From Isurus oxyrinchus (Eukaryota): a DNA stretch of 64,000 nt. Below the pieces are notes generated by a model that had not been told where the DNA came from, did not search any database, and saw only the letters and a list, made by a program, of their open reading frames with translations. The stretch lies in NCBI GenBank assembly GCA_026770705.1, contig JANJGN010000242.1, positions 558,001 through 622,000 of the forward strand, given 5' to 3'. The translations under genes were made by a program, and so were the position numbers. Shown piece after piece: positions 24,354 to 35,902 of this stretch. The first letter of the stretch is position 1; each line of letters begins with the position of its first letter.

Positions 24354-24845
24354 ATGAGGTCAATGGTGTTGTCCACCATGTGGCTGGGCTTCCTGTCCAG
24401 TGAGTGACCTGACATTGTCCCAGTCTCTGTCCTGCCTCTCTTCCGCTCGATATTCCTCTGGAGGTTGCCACTCACAGGGAGCTGGGCTACTGGCACCATT
24501 AATGCTAGTTTTTTTTTGTGTGTGTATTTGTGTGTTTGAAGATATCCAGCCGGATGTAGTGTTGACTCAGCCAAAGGTAGAGACGGGGCTTCCCGCACAG
24601 TCCCTGACCCTGACCTGTAAAATCAGCGGGTTCGTCCTTAGCGGGCCTTGGATGTATTGGTACCGGCAGGCTACCAGGCACAGGCCGGATTGGCTGGCTC
24701 ATCCTATGCTGCCGACACAAATCGATACCACCAGGAGGCGAGAGTGCAGCTTGCTACTTCCAAAAACCTGCCAAACCATCTCTTTGCTTGGAAATCTGGC
24801 GTTTGACGGTGAAAGACAGCGCGAATTGTTTTTTGTGCACAGCTA
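24354..24845 (+). pseudogene. IgH-like V (VH-delta/TAILV-like) pseudogene: leader 24354-24399, V exon 24542-24845
   Basis: Leader MRSMVLSTMWLGFLS|gtgagt. DVVLTQPKVETGLPAQSLTLTCKISGFVLSGPWMYWYRQ...DWLA, then frameshifts; shifted frames give SYAADTNRY...TSKNLPNHLFA and EIWRLTVKDSA..FCA. RSS cacagtg 24846-24852/23/acaaaaaaa. Confidence 0.85.
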
Positions 24846-24999
24846 CACAGTGAGAGGGATCAGACCCAGGTCTGTACAAAAAAAAAACCCGAAACAAGAG
24901 CAAATGCAACAGTTTCCACCATAGTGTAACACAAATGAATCCATTTCTAACAGCAATTGATCACCTCATTGTCTTACACAGCTCAGAAGAGGATCGGTG

Positions 25000-25370
25000 G
25001 GGGAGGCGATGGTGTTGTTCCATTGTCACTGGGCTAGTAATCCAAAGACCCAGATTAATCCTCTGGTCACCCGGGTTCAAACCCACCACAGCAGGTGGTG
25101 GAATTTTAATTCAATAAATAGAACCTGGAATTAAAATGCTAAATGATGTCCTGATTGCCATAATAAACCCATCCGTCGCACTGATCACTTTTGGGGAAGA
25201 AAATCTGCCGTCCTTGCTGGGTCTGGCTTACATGTGAAACCAGAGCTACAGCAAGAGTGTTGGCTCAACAGTGTTGTGTGCTCGCTCCTAAAAGCCCTCT
25301 GAACAGGGGCGATTAGAAGTGGATAATAACTGTTGGTTGAGCCAGAGATGCCCACATCCCCTGAAAGATT
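25000..25370 (+). mobile_element. Shark tRNA-derived SINE (HE1-like); further copies e.g. 30620-30980, 31740-32060, 57100-57520, 57900-58300
   Basis: A/B-box-like gtggtgttg...gggttcaaacccaccac followed by the family core ggaagaaaatctgccgtcctt...ggtctggcttacatgtga, recurring throughout the window. Confidence 0.6.
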
Positions 25371-25659
25371 AAAGAAAGAGGATTGATCCTCCAACATTAG
25401 GATAATATCACTGTCGCTTTCCCCATAAATCTTGCGATTTAATTTCGATCGTTGCTGCATAAACGAGACATTTTTTTAGTCGAATCTTCTCGCCCTGCAC
25501 CCATCAGGACAATTGGCAAGAAAATACAGATGTCAACATACTGCATGAGAAGAGAGTGCTGATTGGTTGGCAGCTGGACTCTGATTGTTAGCGACGTTGT
25601 CATGAAGAGTGCACCAGTTGGAGCTGCTTCTGCCAATCAGAGCCCACTCGCCAACCAAT

Positions 25660-26010
25660 CCGGGCAAGTGGGGAGTATTCCATCACACTCCTGACTTGCG
25701 CCTTGTAGATGTTGGGCAGGTTTTGGGGAGTCAGGAGGTGGGTTACTCGTAGCAGGATTTCTAGCCCCTGACCTGCTCTTGCAGCCACAGTATCTATATG
25801 GCGAGTCCAGTTCAGTTTCTGGTCAATGCTAAGCCCCAGGATGCTGATAGTGGGGGATTCAGTGATGGGCATTCCATTGAATGTCAAGGAGCGATGGTTG
25901 GATTCTCGTTAGTTGGACATGGTCATTGCCTGGCACATGTGTGACGCGAATGTGACTAGCCACTTCTCAGCCCAAGCCTGGATATTGTCCGGGTCTTGCT
26001 GCATTGGAAC
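25660..26010 (-). mobile_element. LINE (CR1/L2-type) RT C-terminal fragment
   Basis: Minus-strand peptides QQDPDNIQAWAEKWLVTF and ESPTISILGLSIDQKLNWTRHI...IYKAQVRSVMEYSPLA. Confidence 0.75.
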
Positions 26011-26382
26011 ATGGAGTGCTGCGATCTGGAATGTCGGCATGAATAAGAGGTGGGTTAGTGATTCAGTAATAACTTTCCCACAGGTTTGAATAAGCAGTTT
26101 GAAGGGGAACACATAGGAACCTGTGGAATAAAGCAGGGTAGTGGGATTATTAAGATAGTTTTTTCAGAGAGTCGGCGCAGCGGTTTGGATCCGATGTGAG
26201 GTACAACTGTGTAATCCAACTTGCTGGAACATTGGAAGGAAATAACCCGAACATCAGTCGGGAAATGAAATTTGCGCTCGAGCCAGTTTTATGAAGGGTA
26301 ACACCAGGAACATTTTTCATGTCACCAGGTTTATCAATGAATCTTTGCTGACCCGCACTCGCTCTTGATGGGGATGGGATGC

Positions 26383-26443
26383 AGTGACGTCGATTGCAGG
26401 CAACCAATGGTGTGTGTCATGAAACCCAAACTCTGTCGATTGG
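26383..26443 (+). promoter_or_regulatory. CRE-like decamer and CCAAT boxes upstream of the intact VH-like gene
   Basis: AGTGACGTCG 26383-26392, ccaat 26404-26408, attgg 26439-26443, about 100-155 nt before the ATG. No ATGCAAAT octamer seen. Confidence 0.45.
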
Positions 26444-26538
26444 ATAAACCCGATGTGATTGCGGAGCAGAGTACAAGAACCCTCGAATTCCCTTAACTGG
26501 AGGATCGGGCTGTCTAATTCAGCACAGGGTCTAGAAAC

Positions 26539-26584
26539 ATGATGTCCGAGATACCTCTCGTCCTACTTCTGGGTTTCCTATCCG
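26539..26584 (+). CDS. Leader exon of the intact IgH-like V
   Basis: MMSEIPLVLLLGFLS G|gtaagt; 105-nt intron to the acceptor caatAG 26688-26689. Confidence 0.88.
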
Positions 26585-26689
26585 GTAAGTAGCTCGGGAT
26601 TCCATAAAATCTTGCCCTTTGATTATTAATCCCTCCCCCGGGAGAGACTTACAGAGCTCAATAATATTAATGCTTCTTTGCTTCAATAG

Positions 26690-26994
26690 GCGTCCAGTCG
26701 GATGTGGTGCTGAGTCAGCCAGAGGCAGCGAGTGGGGTCCCCGGACAAACCCTGACCCTGACCTGTAAAACCAGCGGGTTCGACCTCGGGAACTACAATA
26801 TGCTTTGGTACCGGCAACGTCCCGGGAAAGGACTGGAATGGCTCGTTCGGTACTACTCTGCATCCAACAACGATTACAATCCTGAGGTCAGGGATCGAGT
26901 CGCTGCTTCCAAAGAGGTTTCAAAGAATCTTTTCGCTTTGGACATCAGGACTTTGCCAACGGGAGATACCGCGACTTATTATTGTGCAGAGTAC
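26690..26994 (+). CDS. Intact immunoglobulin heavy-chain-like V segment (IgM-VH-like; VH-delta/TAILV-type) in the TCR delta locus
   Basis: [110 protein letters not shown], GLEWLVxYYS and ASK...NxFAL are shark IgM VH hallmarks. RSS cacagtg 26995-27001, 23 nt, gcaaaaaat 27025-27033. Confidence 0.9.
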
Positions 26995-29133
26995 CACAGT
27001 GAGGCGGATCAGATAGAGACCTGTGCAAAAAATCAGAGCCGCAGGGAACACAATAGTTTCCGCCACGATCAACCACTATTAATTCTACTGTTGAAACACA
27101 TTTAATTGAGTCAGAGTAGAATAAAGAGCGGAAGGAGAACATTCGGCCCATTGCATCTGTGCCCGCCCATTCAAAAACTCTTCAATTAGTCTCAGGCTGT
27201 GATCACCCTGTGGAATTCTCAACCACTGAAGGCTGTGGATGCTCGGTCGCTGAGTATATTCAAGAAAGAAATTGATTTTCTTTTGGATATCAGGGTCATC
27301 AAGGGGTATGGAGAGAAAGCGGGAATGTGGGCGTTGAGTTAGAGGATCAGCCATGACCATATCGAATTGGCGGAGCAGGTGCGAAGAGCCGAATCGCCGC
27401 ATCCTGCTCCCAGTTTCTATGTTTCCTATGTTTCCACATGGACTCGCCGTTGTCACCTCATTTACAATCATTGATCCAATTTCAGTTTGAAAGCATTAGT
27501 TGATTTTTTTTCTCTCTGTCTCTCTACCAGCTACTTGGCCGTTTAACCCAGGTCGGCGCAACTGACTGGGTAAAGTTTCATATCTGCACTTGGGCCTGCA
27601 TTCCATTAGCCAATTGCCCTGCCAGCTGTGTGCTCTCTGCTCAGCGACCCTCCTGCTCGCCGGCAGAGATCCCTCTACAATTGACTCTCCCAAGGCCTCC
27701 AGGACTCTGGGGGTTCCTGTCAAACTGCTCCTTAAGCTTCAACGGTCCCGGCCGAAGAATTTCAGGTTGGAGAGTCATTCTCCCTGCGTCAAATTCCATT
27801 TGCCAACTCTCTGTCCATGACAAGCTGAGCTCTCATCCCTCTCCTCGCTGTTCATCTCATTATCACGAACCCCATCATGAGTCACCTTTGAAATGTTACC
27901 TGGACATCCAAGTCCAGCTTATTAACATGTGTCACCAAGGGCCGTGGCGACTGTTCAATGTCAGGCTTTGAGGCCACAGATACCTAATCAGGCAGTTGAC
28001 TGGTCAGAATTCATCCCAAGGTGCTGGACCAGCAGTGGAGGGCGAAGACAGAGGGAAGAGCTCCCTAACATTTCTGCTGGCGAGCAGAATGCTGTTATCA
28101 CGAGTGACTGACATCAGCGCACACTCTGTGCCAACTGTGCTCCTGAATGGCTAAATCGCCCCTCCACTGCCACGTGTTGCTCGCATTCCCTGTCAGTTCC
28201 GTTAAGGTGCCAAATCAAAACTGGTTGCTTCTTAATAAGCTTAATAAACGACCTTGAAATGGCTCGCACACACGCACAACAGGCTCCAGGACCCAAAATC
28301 TTGTAATGTCGGTATGTAAGGCGCTCAGCATTTCCACGTCATAGATTCAGTCTCGCTCAACAAGCTGAGGAGCAGATTCTGGATATCAGATCCAAAACTG
28401 ATTTCAGAAATCTTGTGATGCAGCATAGAGAGAATTTCAGAAGCGCTTTGCTAAATTAATGCACGATATTAACCACTTTTAATGTCAGGAAAATGTAATC
28501 ATTCGCATAATGTTATTGGAATTTATTGNNNNNNNNNNNNNNNNNNNNNNNNNNNNNNNNNNNNNNNNNNNNNNNNNNNNNNNNNNNNNNNNNNNNNNNN
28601 NNNNNNNNNNNNNNNNNNNNNNNNNNNNNNNNNNNNNNNNNNNNNNNNNNNNNNNNNNNNNNNNNNNNNNNNNNNNNNNNNNNNNNNNNNNNNNNNNNNN
28701 NNNNNNNNNNNNNNNNNNNNNNNNNNNNNNNNNNNNNNNNNNNNNNNNNNNNNNNNNNNNNNNNNNNNNNNNNNNNNNNNNNNNNNNNNNNNNNNNNNNN
28801 NNNNNNNNNNNNNNNNNNNNNNNNNNNNNNNNNNNNNNNNNNNNNNNNNNNNNNGCTGGTCTGAAGGCTTTGATGTGGGAGGAGGTGAGCTACGTTTGAA
28901 ATGCATCAAACAAATTCTCCGATTCCAAGAAACAATTCCAAGCCAGGATGGTGAGTGGCTTGGAGTGGATCTTACAGGTAGTGATGTTCTGGGATTATCA
29001 CAGCTGCTCAATGTCTCTCTCTCTCTCTCTCTGTCAGCCACCCCACTCAAACAATTACCTCTGTCAGGCTCACGTACGACTTACGTTGGCCAAAGCGTCA
29101 TTTGATAGATAGTTTCTGCTACTTCCCTGTGAC

Positions 29134-29410
29134 CTGGCGAATACAAAACAAAAAGAAGCTTTAATGATGTCCACCGGCCTCCTCCCTCTGGGTGCGATAC
29201 CCCCGAGAGGGGTGTCCAGCGAGGCAGAGTCAGTACAAGGATTGGGACAACGTCGAGTTATTCACTGGGCAGGAAGCCCAGCTATAGGCTGAGCAGCACG
29301 GTTGACCTCATGCTTCTTGGGCTCTTGGCTAAATGAGACATCCGGTTACCCCAGTTACTCACTGAGCAAAGCAGTTGGCATACTGTTGTCTCCCGATCCT
29401 CTCAGTCACA
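29134..29410 (-). pseudogene. Inverted orphan promoter + leader exon + intron of an IgH-like V; V exon absent
   Basis: Minus strand 29311-29266 reads ATG AGG TCA ACC GTG CTG CTC AGC CTA TAG CTG GGC TTC CTG CCC A|gtgaat, homologous to 24354-24399 with a TAG stop. The intron to the acceptor at 29134 and upstream aactgcttt..ctcag..gagt match 24250-24540. Confidence 0.75.
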
Positions 29411-32155
29411 GGGGTTTGGGCAAAAGACAAAGGGAGCAGGTTTGGAAATATGAACCATTGGTTACACGCAACTGATGTTAATTTCAAGCACATGTCGTCA
29501 TCATTCACACCAACTTTTATGCCCCCTGTTTAATGTCCTCCTGGTTATTGCCCCCTCTACTAATGGTACGAGTGCCTTCCAATCCATCCTATCTCTGACC
29601 ATCATAATTTTATACATACCTATCAGGTCCCCTGTCAGTCTTCGCTGCTCCAAGGAAAACAACCCCAGTCTATCCAATCTTTCCCCATAGCTCAGGCCCT
29701 CCGGCGCTGGCAGCATTCTGGTAAATCTCTCCAGTGCAATCACATTCTTCCTGTAACATACTATACATGCTGCGTAATATACCACGTCTACTGGCTCCCC
29801 TTTATCCACCCGGCTCTTTCCATTAGCCAAAACGGTAACCAATTTGTCAAAAGTGATTTCCCTTTCTGAAAACCATGTAGACTTTACTTGACCAGACCAT
29901 ACTTTGGTTTTCTAGCTGCATTGTGAAGACTTCCTCAATAGCGGATTCCAGCACTTTCCCTCCGATGGTGTCAAGCTGACTAGCGTGCAAGTCCTGGTTG
30001 TCTCCTCCTTTCTCTCTCCTTTCTTTAAGTCGAAACTCAACGAGTGCACTAGGAAGAGAGGAGTAGAAGGTTACGCTCATTTCTTGGGTGAAGGGGGTTC
30101 AGCAGTCTCCTTTTGAACATAAACAACAGCATGGGCTTGTTAGCCTGAAGGTGTGATGCATTTAATGCAATTGTAGGTAAAATGGAACTTGAGGTAGCTG
30201 CAGTGTGGTGTAGAAAGGCTTTGTTGTACCTCAACTGTGGATTCCATGTCAGTCCTGGTGACAAGTTTAGATAGAGAGTATCTACTAAATCGTGGCAAAT
30301 GAAATTTAAAACGGGAACGGGGACAGGAAGCAACACCTGGTGCATTTAGGTCTTCCAGATCCTCAGTGATTCCAGTGGGAAGACAAGCAAATATTAAATT
30401 TTGCATCAGTTCCTCACTTTATCTTCAGAAGGAGAAGATGAATAATCCTCTATATTGTCCACCTAGCAGCTTGAACTGAAAAGATCATCCATGTCTTTGT
30501 TGTTTATGAATTCGACTATTCAATTATTTATTTTCACCCAAACTTACTCACTCTGTAAATTTGAGTTCATTCAAATCATGACCTTCAGTCCCACCAAGCC
30601 GACTTCCGCCAGCAAGAGAGATGATGTAGTGGTGATGTCACTGAAATAGGAATCCAGAGGGGCAAGCCGGATGCTGGTGGGCGTGGGTCCAAATCTCACC
30701 CCGACAGTTTGGTGGACTTTGTATCCAATTAGGAAATTGGGAGTTGACAACTAGTCTCAGTAAAGGTGGCCAGGAATCAATTGTTTCAAGCAAAATCCAT
30801 CTGGTTCAGTGATGCAAATCTACCATCCTTACCTGGCCGGGCCTCATTGGACTCCGGCCCCACAGGAATGCATTTGACTCTTACCTGCCTTCCTGACACG
30901 TGCTCACAAGCCACTCAATTCAGGGCGATTATGGATAGCCAACAAATGCTGGTCTTGCCAGCGATGGTCACATCACAGAATCACAACGGCACAGAAGGAG
31001 GCCATTCGGCCTGTCGTGTCTGATAATAATAATAATAACAATAACATGCAGATTAAGGGGACATCTCCAAATGAGCATTATGACCTCGTGCCATTGCCCT
31101 GTTTCCAGCAGTCCCTCGCCCAGCTCCCGTACCCGTGCACATTGTTTCTATTGAAATAATCATCTCATGATTGATTCGATTGAACCTGCCTACACCACAC
31201 TCCCAAGTCAGTGCATCCCGCAGCCGAACCATTCGCTGTGTGAATAATATCTCCGTTTCACGTCATATTTGCTTCGTTTGCAAATCACTTTAAATCTGTG
31301 CCCTTCCCATCTCCATCCTTTTACGAGTGGGAACAGATTCTCCCCAGCTACTCTGTCCTTCTGATTTTGAACACCTCAATCAAATGTCCTTTCAGCTTTC
31401 TTCTCTCCAAGGAGAACCGTTCCAACCCCTCCCATCTATTCGCATAGCCGCAGCTTCTCATCCTTGTGATCATTCTGGTTAATCGCTTCTTGCACTCACT
31501 CCAAAGTGTTCACATCCCATGAAAGAATATTTAAAGATAAAACGCTGACCAACATTGACTTTCGGCCAAACAACGGCTGGGTTTTAAAATTAGACCCCTT
31601 GCCATCAAATCCCGCGATGGGTTCTCTTGTCGCTAGCTCTGCAACCTTCTCCCACCTTCAGCCCTTGCAAACTGTCCACCATCCGATCCTGTCCTTTTGC
31701 CCGCCGAAGAATTTTACTGCGGTAAAGGCGCTTCCATGAGGGGCAGTGGCACTGTCGCTGCTCCAGTAATCCAGAGACCCAGGGTTGATTCCGTGCGGGA
31801 TGCGGGTTCCAATCCCGCCAAGGCGGATGTTGGAATCTGAATTCGATAAGAATCTGCAGCTCAGAGTCTGATCATGATCGTGATTGCTGTAAAATACAAA
31901 ATACCCTTCGGCGTCACGCACGCCCTTTTAGAGAAGGGAAAACTGACCTTCTCACCTGCTCTGGTCTGAACAGCAATGTGGTTGATTCTCTGAACGAAGG
32001 GCAATTAGGGATTGGCAATGCATCCTGGCCCAGCCAGAAACGCCCACCTCAATTGAATGAATGAATTGCTGTTGTATCGCTGCTGTAGAAGGTCATGTGA
32101 CACTTTCAGCTGGAGCAGCGAGTGAGGAGTTTTTGTACTGACTTGTATCACTGTG

Positions 32156-32171
32156 GGGATTATATACGGAC
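32156..32171 (+). other. TRDD: TCR delta D segment GGGATTATATACGGAC with 5' 12-RSS and 3' 23-RSS
   Basis: agtttttgt 32128-32136 / 12 nt / cactgtg 32149-32155; cacagtg 32172-32178 / 23 nt / acaataacc 32202-32210. Open in all three frames (GIIYG, GLYTD, DYIR). Confidence 0.93.
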
Positions 32172-32515
32172 CACAGTGTTTGAATCTCCTTCAGCGCTCG
32201 TACAATAACCTACGGGATGGTACAAACCGCTCTCAACACACACAGACCTCTCCAACCCCCACTCCGTGATGTTAACCTGGGTCACCCTACATCACCTCCC
32301 CCCCGGACCCCCTTTCCCATTCTGTCAGCGTCGCCTTGTTTCCCTCCTCCTGGATATTCAGAGATTGAGTCTGCACCCTCCCCACCCAGCGCTGGATAAC
32401 AAAGACACGTCCCGTTTATTCACCGGCCTGATCCATCCCCCAGACAAGGGAGCGGCTTTGCCTGGCGATGTGGAGGGCTGGTAACATGGATCTTGTTATT
32501 GGGTTTAACGGTGTG

Positions 32516-32578
32516 CGGCATATACAACAACCTATCCGCTCATCTTCGGCAACGGGACCAGGCTGATCGTGGAACCCA
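32516..32578 (+). CDS. TRDJ: J segment 1: AYTTTYPLIFGNGTRLIVEP
   Basis: ggatcttgt/12/cggtgtg RSS; FGxG motif; gtaagt donor. Confidence 0.9.
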
Positions 32579-33932
32579 GTAAGTCGGTCATTGTGGATCA
32601 GTCCACATATTTTATTGACTTAATTTTCATTCACTTTCCCCCCATCCCAACACCCCCCTCCCCGCCTCTCACCCCACCCACCACCCCACGACTTGGCTTA
32701 GAGGTTAAGTCGCGGCGTTATTTCATGTGTCGATAATATATACGGGGTTTGGGGTGAATAGCTGTCGTTGGGGCTCAGAGGGGTGCGAGAGGCGAGCAAC
32801 CAGATTGACTGGAGCGGACCCTGAAATTAGACACCAACCCTTGTGTTTCTGGTTTCCCCGAAGGCTTTAACGGGCCTTTATCACCAAGTCAGGCCTGTGC
32901 GTGTGTGTGAGTTAGTGCACTGGGAGCGAAGTTTCACTTGAGCTGGGGGGTTTGTGCACTGCACAGTTTAAGGGCGTCAGTCTCGGATCATTCGAAGCTT
33001 CAATCTCATCAAAGTGCAGGGTCAGTCAGAGTGCGGAGTGGGGGTCGGGGGATAGTACAGCGTGGACGGTGGGCACCATTACGGACATAATAAATAGGAG
33101 CAGGACTGAGCAGTTCATTAAGATCACGACTGTGATTCTACCTCAATGTCCACTTGGCCTGTCCCAATATCCTTCATCCCCTTAGCGCCATCTCCCATAA
33201 AATCTATCTATCACCGAATGAAAATCTATCAATCACCGTTTTGAATATAGGCAACGGCTGAGCATCCTCAACCCTCTGGGCTGGACAATTGCAAAGGCCC
33301 GCAGCCCTCTGAGTCAAGGGACATCTCTTCAACTCAAACCAAAATGGCCGACGCTTTACTCTGAGACGAGGGCCAGAATATTTTAAGTGTCATTTGGAGG
33401 TGTGTTGTGTGTGTGCGTGTATGTGTGAATTCTAATCTTAAGGAGCCTGCCTGAAATTAGAAGTCATGTTTATGTTGCATTGTGTAATGTGGCCCAAAGC
33501 CCAAGGCCCTATTAAGCCAGGCACCCATATATGGCACCAAAAATCGCAGTGCTGAGGAACAGTTACAGATGGTGGGGTGGGGGGATTTACATTGCCTTTG
33601 GTTCCAATTCTACCGATATCCCAATTGCAGCCTATTTCGTAACGCTCTGAGAATTTCGTTCGAAAGCAAAAAAAGAGGATTATCCCGCACTTTGCCTCGC
33701 TTGGATCTGTCAGTTGGGAACTGGCGATCATGATTTCTTATCATGCAAAATTGAAGGAGAGCTGCGGATCGTTTCCAAGGCTGTAGGGTTTGAAGATTAA
33801 CTGTTTAACCCAAGCAGACTGCAATAAATAGCTTTGTGTGGTGGGACTTGGTGAACTGGCCAGTAGAGTTTGGAAACTATTTGAAGGTTAAGGGCGTGCC
33901 CTTGAGTTTTCAGATGGAGTTTTATCACTGTG

Positions 33933-33993
33933 TCTAGAAATTCTTATACACCCCTAATATTCGGTGCTGGGACCAAACTGACCGTGGAGCCAA
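33933..33993 (+). CDS. TRDJ: J segment 2: SRNSYTPLIFGAGTKLTVEP
   Basis: agttttcag/12/cactgtg RSS; gtgagt donor. Confidence 0.92.
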
Positions 33994-35201
33994 GTGAGTA
34001 TAAGCTATTGATATTAATTTTTGAGAAGATTAATTCTGCACAAAGAAATTATTGCTCTCATTGCAAAAATGGGGGCGGGTTGGGGGTTGGTGGGGTGGGG
34101 GGACGGGGTGGTGCGGGTGGGGATGAATTGCAAACTGCCGTCCAGAAAGATAATCCGAGGAAATTGTACGGGTAGGGAGAAGTGCGCCTTTTCCATGTGT
34201 ACATCAGAGTTTCCTCACACGACTCAGCAGCTCAGATGTGCTGAGAGTCGCCAGGTGACCCGTGATGCCCGAATGCTCCAAGGAAAACTGATTGGGTTTG
34301 TAGGAAAGCAACCTTTCCCAGAACGAGTCGGGCTGGGATGAGGCGGGTTTCATTAAATTCCGCACACGACCCCATGTTACTAAACAGTCTACTCGTTAGT
34401 GGGGCCTGGCGCAGCCCTTTCCGCTCTGGAACATTGATGCATGTCCTTTGTCAAACTGCTAGGCCGCAGCCACACGCGCTGTGCGTTGGAAATGATTTGG
34501 TGCATTGATGCGAGCAGAGTCTGGAACAGAGAAGTGGGCCGTTCAGTCCAGCAGCTATAGGCCCATTGCCTGTGCTTCGGGTGATTCTGATCACACCCTG
34601 CCTCACGTCACTCAATCAATTCGATTGCTTGCCGCTTCAACTCTCTAAACCAGCATCCCCTGTGAGTTATCAATGGTGTTCACGTGAAGCATGTGGCAGC
34701 TAATTTCAACATTCCCATCCCCCTCTGGGTAAAGAGGTTTCTCCTCAATTCCCAGTTGGATTTATTGGAAACCATATTAAAATGTGGACGCCACTATTCA
34801 TTTTGGGGGGGTGGGGGTGGGGTGATTCCCCAACAAGTGAAAAAGTCTATCTTACCGAATTCACTACTAATTATAAATATCTCTGCCCTGTTGCCCCAGA
34901 ATCACTCCACCCCTAACCCCAACAACAACCTCCCCATCACCACCTCCCCCCCCCCCCCCCACCCCCCAACACTTTTTGTTTGGCTGGAGAAATGAATGCC
35001 AAGTTCTAAAAGCGATCATTAGGGGTTATCAACCTTGTAAATAATTTTGCACCTCCTCTGGTCCCTCCATATCTGTTTGACGGAATGGAGGCCAGTGAAT
35101 ATTGTGCGGGGCCAAATGTACCTAGTCATCAGGCCTACAGTGTCCCTGATGGCATAGCCTCTGTCTGGTCTCGGCTTTCTGCACAGACATTCAGCACTGT
35201 G

Positions 35202-35250
35202 CTGGAGAAGATTACCGTCGGCAAAGGGACCAAACTTCTGGTGGAACCAA
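35202..35250 (+). CDS. TRDJ: J segment 3 (short, non-canonical VGKG): LEKITVGKGTKLLVEP
   Basis: gctttctgc/12/cactgtg RSS; gtgagt donor; J-Phe replaced by Val. Confidence 0.8.
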
Positions 35251-35840
35251 GTGAGTATAAACTGCCATTGATTCAATGTGCCCGAGGGGTTTAAAACCAG
35301 AAGTGCCCCGTTCAGCACAGAATACATTAAAAACCGCACGGCAGTCCAACATGTTTCTCCGAGCTGCCTCTGAGAGACATCTGCTATGGAAGGTGTCCCT
35401 CTGTTCGCCTGCCTCTCTGCAGCATGTTTGGATAAGGCCATTCGCACCAATATTGGGGAGTGAGATGAGGGTTACGATGGAACCAATTGAGTAAAATGTG
35501 AAGGCATCGCCTGATGCCACATCTCCCCATCCCCAGCCCTACACCTCTGGAAGATGTAAGCAATTTTCTGCTGTCAGCTGCCTCACGCACGTTGTGAAAG
35601 GGGGCTGGTATCTGTTAATAATCAGTTAAACTGGAGTTAAATTTACTTTCACACATGAAAGGTTTGCGGTACCCTGTATATTATTATGCTTATTCAACAA
35701 GGGATGTCCATGCGGATGGATGGGGTTTCTGTGTGTGGATTAAAATCTGGTCCAAAGCGTGCTACCGTTGTGTGTTGGGCTGTGATGGACTGACACCTTG
35801 TGGGGTAGTCATGTTTCAGTTACGGGTCTATGTCACTGTG

Positions 35841-35902
35841 TGGATCAGGGTACGCTGCTAAACTAACGTTTGGAACTGGGACCCAACTGATGGTAGAGCC
35901 AA
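35841..35902 (+). CDS. TRDJ: J segment 4: GSGYAAKLTFGTGTQLMVEP
   Basis: cactgtg 35834-35840 with a T-rich nonamer 12-13 nt upstream; gtgagt donor. Confidence 0.9.
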
